From contig OY776562.1 in the NCBI GenBank assembly GCA_963675785.1, positions 352,001-416,000 on the forward strand: a stretch of 64,000 nucleotides of DNA, in the 5' to 3' direction. Under the pieces are notes generated by a model. That model was given only the letters and a program-made list of their open reading frames with translations, was not told the origin of the DNA and ran no database searches. Position numbers and translations under genes: made by a program. Source of the stretch: Anaerolineae bacterium (lineage in GTDB: Bacteria > Chloroflexota > Anaerolineae > UBA1429). Below are positions 56,516 to 64,000 of the stretch, in pieces (within the stretch, counting starts at the first letter, position 1; each line of letters opens with the position of its first letter).

Positions 56516-58895
56516 CGGGTGTAAAAGCGTAAATACGTACCGGTCCCGACACATAGATGGCTGTATAGTTCTCCGAATAATCCAACTCGGCAGGCTGCAT
56601 GGGCCCCGCTTTGGTACCCACAAAGACGTGTGTTACTCCTGCCTCTTGGAGCAAGGCCAGTAGTTCTGGGTCGTCGGGCGAAGGCGCGTTTTCTACGGCG
56701 TTTGCCAGGGCGTTGACCGCATCGCGATAGCTGCCATCATCCTGGTGATACAAGATACAGGGCAGGGTGGTGTCACGTTGGGCCACCAGCGGCAGCCACC
56801 AGCCAGCATCACTTCCGGCGTGAATAGTGCCCTGCCAGGTCATCGAATTCACCAGGAATAGACTGTCCTCCGGTGTATTTTCTCCAGCCCATTCCAGAGC
56901 TTGCAAGTCCTCAGGTTCCGCCAGCACCGTTACTGGATTGATGATGTCCAGATGGTGCCACAACCCCAGGCAAGTTAGCATGAGGCTAACCACGGTCAGC
57001 GTCGCAGCGGCGTAGGTCCTGCTTGACCGCCAAGGGATCACCCGGTACAGCCACTGTAGGAGGTAAACGCCCAGCCAAGCATCCAACACAGCCACAGGCA
57101 GCCACAGGGCAATCATCACCGCCGGGTTGTCGAGAAACCAGGTGTCGGGTAGGCCGATCCAGCGCAGATTGGCAGCCAGCAGCCACAATCCGCCCCATAA
57201 CCCCAAGCCCACCATGGCCCAGCGGCGATTGAGCACGGCCACAACCACGGCGGCCAGGGCAATCCACAGCAGAGTGCCAAACCAATAGCTGGTGATGAGG
57301 CCGGTGGAAAAAGCGTTGCTGCCCGAGACCGGCGACCACGAACCATAGGTAGTGCCCGCCGTCGGGAGGACTGCCAAGGCAAAGCGCAGTATCCAGGGCA
57401 GGATCAGCAGAGCACCAGTCAAGCCAGTAGCTAGCAATCTACCTGCCCGCGCACCCAGGTTCTTCTTCGCCAGCAATAAAAAGGGCAAAGCTAACAAATA
57501 GAGCACGAACACGCGGTAATGCACCAGGCAGAGACTGGCTGTTGCCAGCGCCGCAGGCAAGAGGCGTCGTGGACGGTCGAGGGCCGAGCGTGTCAGCAGC
57601 AAAACCGCTGGCAAGAGCACTAGCCCAGCCAGTTCGGTATAGCGTCCCCAGGTAACCAGATAGGCCGGCAGATAGGAGAGGGCTCCCGTGACCACTGCGG
57701 CCAGTACGCCGGTCCAACGGCTGCAAGTGAGCTGTTCGGCGAGGTAATAGGCGGCCAGCGGCGCCATTATGTTCATCACCTGGCCCATCAGCAGCACCGC
57801 TTGTTCGGAAGGCAGGTCGCTGAACCAGGTTAATGCAGCGCAGAGGCTGTGAAAGCCAAAATGATAGTGGAAATTACCCACCGGCATATAGGGTTCATAG
57901 GTGGTGGGCACACCGCCAAGGTGGCTGATAATATCAGTGATGACCGAATGGTGTACAGAATCAACCCACAGGGGTAGCACCACATTACGGATATCGTGGA
58001 GGCGGGCCAGCACGATGAGGATCATCACCACCGTCATGACCAGCTCGGGGGTGCCAAAGCGAAGGCGTAACGAACGCTGGCGGGGACGCTGCAAAATAGC
58101 CCACACCACCAACAGGGCCACCAGCACCCAGACCACGGCGCCGCCAGCATTGAGGCTTAGAGTGCCGCTCCAGAGGATGAGCAGCGGCCAGAAAATCATG
58201 CTCAATGCGGCAATGAGATACAGGCGCCCATAGAGGCTCTGGTGTGCGTTCAGTCCCAGTAGGTGCGTCAAGGCCCAGCCCGGTGCAAAGAGCACGAGCA
58301 ACAGAGCGGCCAGATAGGGCAGCCAGCGGCCTGTTACAGTGAACGCGTCGCTCAGGGCATCCAGCCAATTGTAATCATAATAAGTCACGAACCACAGGTC
58401 GCCGGAGAGTATCGTATCGCCCTGCTGTATGCCGCCATAGGCATAGGCCTCGGTCTGGGTCTGCCAAAAGCCCATCGAGAGATCTTCAGGGGTGCTGATG
58501 GAGAGGGTATAGGCGTTACTGGCCGAATCAGCGATGGGTTCCCAGCTAACTCGCAGGTGTTCATTATGTTCGAGGGTATCGGCCTGTAGGGAGACACTGC
58601 GCAGGGGTGTGCTTTGTCCCTCGGCGTACACCTCAAAAGTGATGATGGCCTCGACGGGCAGCAACGCTTGGCTGAAGCGGGCCACCACCAGTTCGACCCC
58701 CGAGAGGCCATCGTGGTTGGCATAAAAGGTTTGCATCAAGGACTGGTCGGCTTCTAGTGGCGATCCCGCCACTTCCATTCGTTCCTGGCGCTCGTCGGCA
58801 GTGGTGCGCGTCGGGTTCACGAGGACGACCATCAGCAGCCCGCCCAGCAGCAGGCCGAGGACAACCAGCCAGGCGGTTCGCTTTGCCCTGTTCAA
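56505..58895 (-). CDS. Polytopic membrane protein, probable GT-C fold glycosyltransferase
   Basis: Many TM helices, extracytoplasmic N-domain, WVDSVHH, YHFGFH, WGRYT, GSDAGWW. Confidence 0.65.
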   Translation of the reverse strand: MNRAKRTAWLVVLGLLLGGLLMVVLVNPTRTTADERQERMEVAGSPLEADQSLMQTFYANHDGLSGVELVVARFSQALLPVEAIITFEVYAEGQSTPLRSVSLQADTLEHNEHLRVSWEPIADSASNAYTLSISTPEDLSMGFWQTQTEAYAYGGIQQGDTILSGDLWFVTYYDYNWLDALSDAFTVTGRWLPYLAALLLVLFAPGWALTHLLGLNAHQSLYGRLYLIAALSMIFWPLLILWSGTLSLNAGGAVVWVLVALLVVWAILQRPRQRSLRLRFGTPELVMTVVMILIVLARLHDIRNVVLPLWVDSVHHSVITDIISHLGGVPTTYEPYMPVGNFHYHFGFHSLCAALTWFSDLPSEQAVLLMGQVMNIMAPLAAYYLAEQLTCSRWTGVLAAVVTGALSYLPAYLVTWGRYTELAGLVLLPAVLLLTRSALDRPRRLLPAALATASLCLVHYRVFVLYLLALPFLLLAKKNLGARAGRLLATGLTGALLILPWILRFALAVLPTAGTTYGSWSPVSGSNAFSTGLITSYWFGTLLWIALAAVVVAVLNRRWAMVGLGLWGGLWLLAANLRWIGLPDTWFLDNPAVMIALWLPVAVLDAWLGVYLLQWLYRVIPWRSSRTYAAATLTVVSLMLTCLGLWHHLDIINPVTVLAEPEDLQALEWAGENTPEDSLFLVNSMTWQGTIHAGSDAGWWLPLVAQRDTTLPCILYHQDDGSYRDAVNALANAVENAPSPDDPELLALLQEAGVTHVFVGTKAGPMQPAELDYSENYTAIYVSGPVRIYAFTPVSP

Positions 58896-58896
58896 C

Positions 58897-61548
58897 CTAG
58901 TCGATCTTTTTTTGCAGCTCGTAGAGGCGGTTGAGCGCTTCCATGGGCGTCATATTGGTCAGGTCCATCTCTTTGATCTCTTCTAGTACGGGATCGGGTT
59001 TGTCAAAGAGGCCGAGTTGGTGGGGCTCAGAGAGCTTGTATTTGGTGGGCGCGGGTAGACGCTGCTCTTCGCTCTCTAACTCTTGGAGGATGTCGTTGGC
59101 GCGGCGCACCACAGCATTGGGCATGCCGGCCATCTGGGCTACGTGAATGCCATAACTGCGATCGGCGCCGCCTGGGCTGATGTGGTGGGTAAACACGGGA
59201 TGGTCGCCATCCTGCACCACGGTGACGTTATAGTTGGCCACCCGCGGCAACAGGTTTTCCAGCTCGGTTAGCTCATGGTAGTGGGTGGCAAATAGGGTTT
59301 TGCAGCGCAGATCGGGGTGATTGTGGATGTATTCGACCACGGCCCAGGCGATGGAAAGGCCGTCATAGGTGCTGGTGCCGCGCCCAATCTCGTCAATGAT
59401 CAACAGACTGCGGTTGGTGGCGTGGTTGAGGATGTTGGCCATCTCTACCATTTCCACCATAAAGGTGCTCTGGCCGCGGTGAATCTGATCTTGGGCGCCG
59501 ACACGGGCGAAAATGCGATCGACGAGGCCGATGCGTGCATAGCTGGCTGGCACAAAAGAGCCAATTTGGGCCAGCAGGGTGATGAGAGCCACCTGCCGCA
59601 AAAAGGTGGATTTGCCGCTCATATTGGGCCCGGTGATGACGTGAATGGTATGTTCGCCATCCAACAGTACATCGTTGGGTACAAAGGTGGCATCAGAGGG
59701 CAGCAGGTGCTCCACCACCGGGTGGCGCCCTTCACGAATCTCGATCTCGCTGTCGGCACACAGCTCAGGGCGGCAGCACTTGTCGCGGATGGCGTATTCA
59801 GCCAGGCCAGCAGCCACATCCAGATGGGCTACGGCGCGGGCTGTATCGAGCAGGGCCGGTGCATGGGCGGCCAGCTCACTGAGCAGTTCTTTGTACATCC
59901 TGCTCTCTAGCTCTTGGGTGCGCTCGGCGGCGTTGAGGATGAGCGCCTCTTTTTCTTTGAGCTCGGGCGTAATATAGCGCTCGGCGTTCACCAGCGTTTG
60001 TTTGCGAATATAATCCTCGGGTACCAGGTCACCGTTGGCCTTGGTGATCTCTAAATAGTAGCCAAAGACCTTGTTATAACCGACTTTGAGCGATTTGATG
60101 CCGGTACGTTCGCGCTCGGTTTGTTCCAGCTCGGCCACCCAGGTTTTGGCAGCGCGAACTGAGGACTCGATCTCATCTAGTTCCTGCGAGTAACCCTCTC
60201 GAAAGATGCCGCCGTTGTTGAGCGTGGCAGGAGGCTCCTCCACCAAGGCGGTACGGATGGTTTGAGCTATAGCAGTGTTGGGATTGATGGCATCATCAGC
60301 CAACGGATAGACTTCTCCGGCGCCTTCGATTTCGCTGTTTTGGGCGCTCTCGTGTACTTGAACGACCAGGCTTTGCACACGCTCCAGACCTTCGGCGATG
60401 GCGGCCAGTTCGCGAGGGCCTAGTACGCCCTGCACGAGCCGGTTGGTGAGGCGCTCCAGGTCGGGAATGCCGCCAAGTAGTTGGCGAATTTGACCTCGTC
60501 CCAATGTATCCTGATAGAGGGTATCAACCACAGTCAGACGGGTATTGAGTGCGGCCTGATCCAGTAGGGGTTGGCCGATCCACTGACGCAGCAAACGGCC
60601 GCCCATAGCCGTCAGCGTCTCATCGATGACACCCAACAGTGAACCTTGGGTGCTGCCGTCGCGCATCGTTTCGGTGAGTTCTAGGCTCTTGCGCGTGGCC
60701 GTATCCAGGTTCATGTAGGTATCGACGGAATACGTGTGCAGCGAGACCAGTTGAGCTAGCGAGGCTTGCTGATGCTCGCGGATGAACTGCAAGAGCACAC
60801 CGGCAGCCGTTGCTGCTGCAGGCATATCCTCACAGCCGAAACCCTCCAGGGTAGAAACCTTGAAATGGGCATAAAGCGCCTGCTGACAGGCAGATAAATC
60901 AAAGTGCCATTCCTCGTAAGGCGTCAACATGGTTTCGAGCTGGTTCAGGTCGGGGTAGAGCTCGGTCAGCGCCCGGGCGGCGTTAGGCCCTTGCAGATTA
61001 AAGGCTTCGCCGCGATCGTTGACAATGATCTCTGCCGGGTTCAGGCGATCTAATTCATGGGCGGCGTCGTTGCGAGATTCGGGACCGGTCAGCTCTGTAG
61101 TAGCAAATTCACCCGTGCTAATATCGGCATAGGCTACGCCAGCGCGGCGAGCGCCAAATACCACAGCAGCCAAATAGTTGTTGCGTTTGTCGGCCAGCAT
61201 AGTGGGTTCGGTGACGGTGCCGGGTGTCACCACACGAATGACCTGGCGGGGCATCAGACCATCGACGGTCTGATTGCCCATCTGCTCGCACACGGCCACC
61301 TTGTAGCCTTGGGCGATGAGTCGGGCGATATAGCCCTCAGCGGCATGAAAAGGCACGCCGGCCATGGGAACACGGTCTCCCTTGGCGACGTTACGTGAGG
61401 TCAGCACGATATCGAGCTCGCGCGACACAATTCTGGCATCCTCGTCAAAGGTCTCGTAAAAGTCGCCCAGCCGGAAAAAGAGAATGGCGTGGGGGTATTG
61501 GGCCTTGATGTCGAGGTATTGCTGGCGAATGGGGGTATTTTCAGCCAT
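58897..61548 (-). CDS. mutS: DNA mismatch repair protein MutS
   Basis: FRLGDFYETF, TGPNMSGKST, STFMVEM, DEIGRGTS, FATHYHEL; start at ATG 61548. Confidence 0.98.
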   Translation of the reverse strand: MAENTPIRQQYLDIKAQYPHAILFFRLGDFYETFDEDARIVSRELDIVLTSRNVAKGDRVPMAGVPFHAAEGYIARLIAQGYKVAVCEQMGNQTVDGLMPRQVIRVVTPGTVTEPTMLADKRNNYLAAVVFGARRAGVAYADISTGEFATTELTGPESRNDAAHELDRLNPAEIIVNDRGEAFNLQGPNAARALTELYPDLNQLETMLTPYEEWHFDLSACQQALYAHFKVSTLEGFGCEDMPAAATAAGVLLQFIREHQQASLAQLVSLHTYSVDTYMNLDTATRKSLELTETMRDGSTQGSLLGVIDETLTAMGGRLLRQWIGQPLLDQAALNTRLTVVDTLYQDTLGRGQIRQLLGGIPDLERLTNRLVQGVLGPRELAAIAEGLERVQSLVVQVHESAQNSEIEGAGEVYPLADDAINPNTAIAQTIRTALVEEPPATLNNGGIFREGYSQELDEIESSVRAAKTWVAELEQTERERTGIKSLKVGYNKVFGYYLEITKANGDLVPEDYIRKQTLVNAERYITPELKEKEALILNAAERTQELESRMYKELLSELAAHAPALLDTARAVAHLDVAAGLAEYAIRDKCCRPELCADSEIEIREGRHPVVEHLLPSDATFVPNDVLLDGEHTIHVITGPNMSGKSTFLRQVALITLLAQIGSFVPASYARIGLVDRIFARVGAQDQIHRGQSTFMVEMVEMANILNHATNRSLLIIDEIGRGTSTYDGLSIAWAVVEYIHNHPDLRCKTLFATHYHELTELENLLPRVANYNVTVVQDGDHPVFTHHISPGGADRSYGIHVAQMAGMPNAVVRRANDILQELESEEQRLPAPTKYKLSEPHQLGLFDKPDPVLEEIKEMDLTNMTPMEALNRLYELQKKID

Positions 61549-61679
61549 CAAGCTATCCTCTGTAGTCGGTGCTTCCCAGAGTATAGCGGCGGGCAGGGGT
61601 ATCGTCAATGTCGCTTGGTGCGCCGAACATTTGGGTGCGGCCTGTTGGCGCGCTATAATCACGGCGTCAAGGAGGAAAC

Positions 61680-62594
61680 ATGCTCGAACCCAAGTTTTGC
61701 CCGGTTTGCGGCGCCCGTCTGGGGATAAAGAGGGATGAAGATCGTCCTCGTCCCACCTGCCCCTTGTGCGGCTATGTGCATTACGTGAATCCCGTTGTGG
61801 CAGCAGGCACCCTCATCGAACAAGATGGTAAGGTGCTGCTCATCAAACGCGGCGTCAATCCACATTTGGGCGATTGGGGCTTTCCGGCGGGCTATGCCGA
61901 AGCGGGTGAATCGCCGGAAGAAGCCGCTGCCCGTGAGACCTACGAAGAGACGGGCCTGGTGGTCGAGACGCAGGATTTGCTGGGCGTGTTTGGCTTTCGT
62001 GAGGGTACGGGTCCCGGTGGCGTGCTGGTGTTGTACACTGGCAAGGTATTAGGGGGCACACTGCACGCTGGTTCGGATACCACAGACGTGGGCTTTTTCG
62101 CGTCTGATGAGCTGCCTGACAATATCGCTTTCGAGTTTCATCGGCGTGCGCTCGCACGTTGGTCACGTGCCAGGCTGATTACTTGTCGGCTGGCGCGTGA
62201 AAACGAGATTCCGGCAGTGCGAGCGCTAGCGACGCGTTCGGGTGTGGCGCAAGAAAAGGCCCTTTTTGCTGATTTACTCATCGTTTCGCTGGATCGCAAT
62301 AGCGTCGTTGGTGCCGCACCGGCGAATATTCAGGATGGAGTACTGACGATTGCCTGGCTGGCGGTGGATGAGGCCTATCGTCGTTGGGGTATTGCCTCAC
62401 GCATGGTGCAAGAGTTCATTGGTCAGGCCAAGACACGAAACTGCGTCGTGGTGCAGAGTCTCGTTTCTGTGGATAATCCTGCCGTGCTGTTGTTTGCCAA
62501 TCAGGGCTTTCAGGCGGCATCTGTTCGCCCTGACAGCGGGTCGGGCAAGATATTGTTTGAGTACCATGTTGGGGTGAGCGAATGCAAGATGTAA
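61680..62594 (+). CDS. Zn-ribbon NUDIX hydrolase fused to a GNAT domain
   Basis: CPVCG/CPLCG, Nudix box [23 protein letters not shown]-term YRRWGIA. Confidence 0.8.
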   Translation: MLEPKFCPVCGARLGIKRDEDRPRPTCPLCGYVHYVNPVVAAGTLIEQDGKVLLIKRGVNPHLGDWGFPAGYAEAGESPEEAAARETYEETGLVVETQDLLGVFGFREGTGPGGVLVLYTGKVLGGTLHAGSDTTDVGFFASDELPDNIAFEFHRRALARWSRARLITCRLARENEIPAVRALATRSGVAQEKALFADLLIVSLDRNSVVGAAPANIQDGVLTIAWLAVDEAYRRWGIASRMVQEFIGQAKTRNCVVVQSLVSVDNPAVLLFANQGFQAASVRPDSGSGKILFEYHVGVSECKM

Positions 62595-63322
62595 AAAGAC
62601 CGTTGATTGCTGTTACCCTGGGCACTGAAGATGCCCAAGCTCCATTCGAGCGAATTCCCGACTATTTTGCTGCACTTGGATGGACCGGCCTCGATTGGCT
62701 TATCTTGAGCCCGGCGGATAGAGCGAAATTACCAGAGGCTATCTTGCAGGTGACCGGCCTGCTGCTGACGGGTGGCGGTGATGTGGCTCCCGTATCTTAC
62801 AAGCAGCAGCCCCATGCTGGGCTGGGTGGTGTAGACGAGGCTCGTGATGCGCTAGAGCTCGATGCTGCTTCTTTGGCACGAGAAGCGGGACTACCTATTC
62901 TAGGCATTTGCCGTGGCATTCAGGTGCTAAACGTGTTATACGGGGGCACCCTGGTTCAGGATATCGCCAACGACGTGCCGGGTGCGCAGAACCATCGTCA
63001 GACGGCACGCCAGGAGGGTGTACATTGGGCACAGCTCTGCGGCGCTGGCCCAGTGATGCAAGCCTATGGTTCTAGCCCCGAGCGCCGTGCATGGGTGAAT
63101 AGCCGTCATCATCAGGCTATCGATACCTTGGGCGACGGTTTGGAGGTGGTGGCTCGCGCTGATGATGGTATCGTCGAGGCGGTGCAGGGTACAGATGGCT
63201 GCTGGATTACGGGTGTGCAGTGGCACCCCGAGAACATGGTGGGCGTCGATCACTGTGCTCAAGCCCTTTTCGAAACTTTTGCGGCACAGTGTCGGGCTAA
63301 GGACAATGCAAAGGAGCGTTGA
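62582..63322 (+). CDS. Peptidase C26 / gamma-glutamyl-GABA hydrolase family glutamine amidotransferase
   Basis: TGGGDV, GICRGIQ, NSRHHQ, GVQWHPE. Confidence 0.9.
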   Translation: MQDVKRPLIAVTLGTEDAQAPFERIPDYFAALGWTGLDWLILSPADRAKLPEAILQVTGLLLTGGGDVAPVSYKQQPHAGLGGVDEARDALELDAASLAREAGLPILGICRGIQVLNVLYGGTLVQDIANDVPGAQNHRQTARQEGVHWAQLCGAGPVMQAYGSSPERRAWVNSRHHQAIDTLGDGLEVVARADDGIVEAVQGTDGCWITGVQWHPENMVGVDHCAQALFETFAAQCRAKDNAKER

Positions 63323-64000
63323 TGAACGATCGGCCTATTGTGGGCGTGTTCGATTCGGGCGTAGGGGGGCTCTCGGTAGTGCGCGAACTCTTGCGTGAGC
63401 TGCCCGAGGCCGAGATTCACTATGTGGCCGATTCGGCCCATTGTCCCTATGGGGCTCGTTCCCGCTCCGAGATCGTCGATTACAGCCTGGGCATCTCGCG
63501 CTATCTTTTAGACAAGGGCGCTGATGTGATTGTGGTGGCCTGCAATACGGCTTCGGCCGCTGCTTTGCGCGATCTCCGTACCGAGCTGGATGTGCCTTTT
63601 GTGGGTATGGTACCGGCAGTCAAGCCGGCGGTAAGTTCCACGCGCAGCGGTGTGATTGGCGTATTGGCTACGCCTACCACATTGGACGGGCGCTTGCTCA
63701 AAGAAGTGGTCGAACATTATGCCCAGGGGGTACGTGTGCTTACCAAGGCCTGTCCTGGCTTGGTTGAGGCGGTTGAGACTGGCGAGATCATGGCGCCAGA
63801 GACGCTCGCGTTGCTTCAAGCCTGTCTGACGCCCTTGCTGGACGAGGGCATTGATACACTAGTCCTTGGCTGTACCCATTATCCATTCTTAGAGCCGGCA
63901 ATTCGCGCCGTTGTCGGTGATTCTCTCGACATTGTAGAGCCGAGCAACGCCATTGCTCGGCAAACGCGCCACATCCTTCAAGAGATTGTTCCACAGGTTT
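63322..64000 (+). CDS. murI: Glutamate racemase (3' truncated by window edge; not in ORF track)
   Basis: [36 protein letters not shown]. Confidence 0.95.
   Translation, partial: MNDRPIVGVFDSGVGGLSVVRELLRELPEAEIHYVADSAHCPYGARSRSEIVDYSLGISRYLLDKGADVIVVACNTASAAALRDLRTELDVPFVGMVPAVKPAVSSTRSGVIGVLATPTTLDGRLLKEVVEHYAQGVRVLTKACPGLVEAVETGEIMAPETLALLQACLTPLLDEGIDTLVLGCTHYPFLEPAIRAVVGDSLDIVEPSNAIARQTRHILQEIVPQV

Overview
Bacterial chromosomal window. I infer Chloroflexota (Anaerolineae-like) from several secreted proteins carrying a xxPLI/V motif and Pro/Thr-rich linkers. No CRISPR array, IS element or prophage is visible. From left to right it holds: a selenium-utilisation operon (yedE, sirA/yedF-like, Cys-desulfurase/Sec-lyase-like, DUF3343, selenocysteine-containing selD); two tandem ~2300-aa surface proteins with near-identical 3' thirds; dacA-rluB-cmk-radical SAM; a glmS ribozyme and glmS; a Ni/Co ECF transporter; a YvcK/GlmR-phosphohexomutase fusion; tandem thymidylate-kinase-like genes; tRNA-Arg(CCT); pckA; archaeal-type purO; pepF; an S8 protease; trmD-rplS-rnhB; mutS; and a truncated murI. 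The top candidate for an undescribed system is an unannotated 36-codon leader ORF (4042-4152, minus) directly upstream of the selenium operon. It has an in-frame UGA at codon 8, followed by a SECIS-like hairpin resembling the selD SECIS in the same operon. Mutually exclusive RNA helices downstream can bury or free the yedE Shine-Dalgarno. Together these suggest a selenocysteine-sensing translational attenuator. All calls come from reading the sequence by eye; no searches or folding programs were run.
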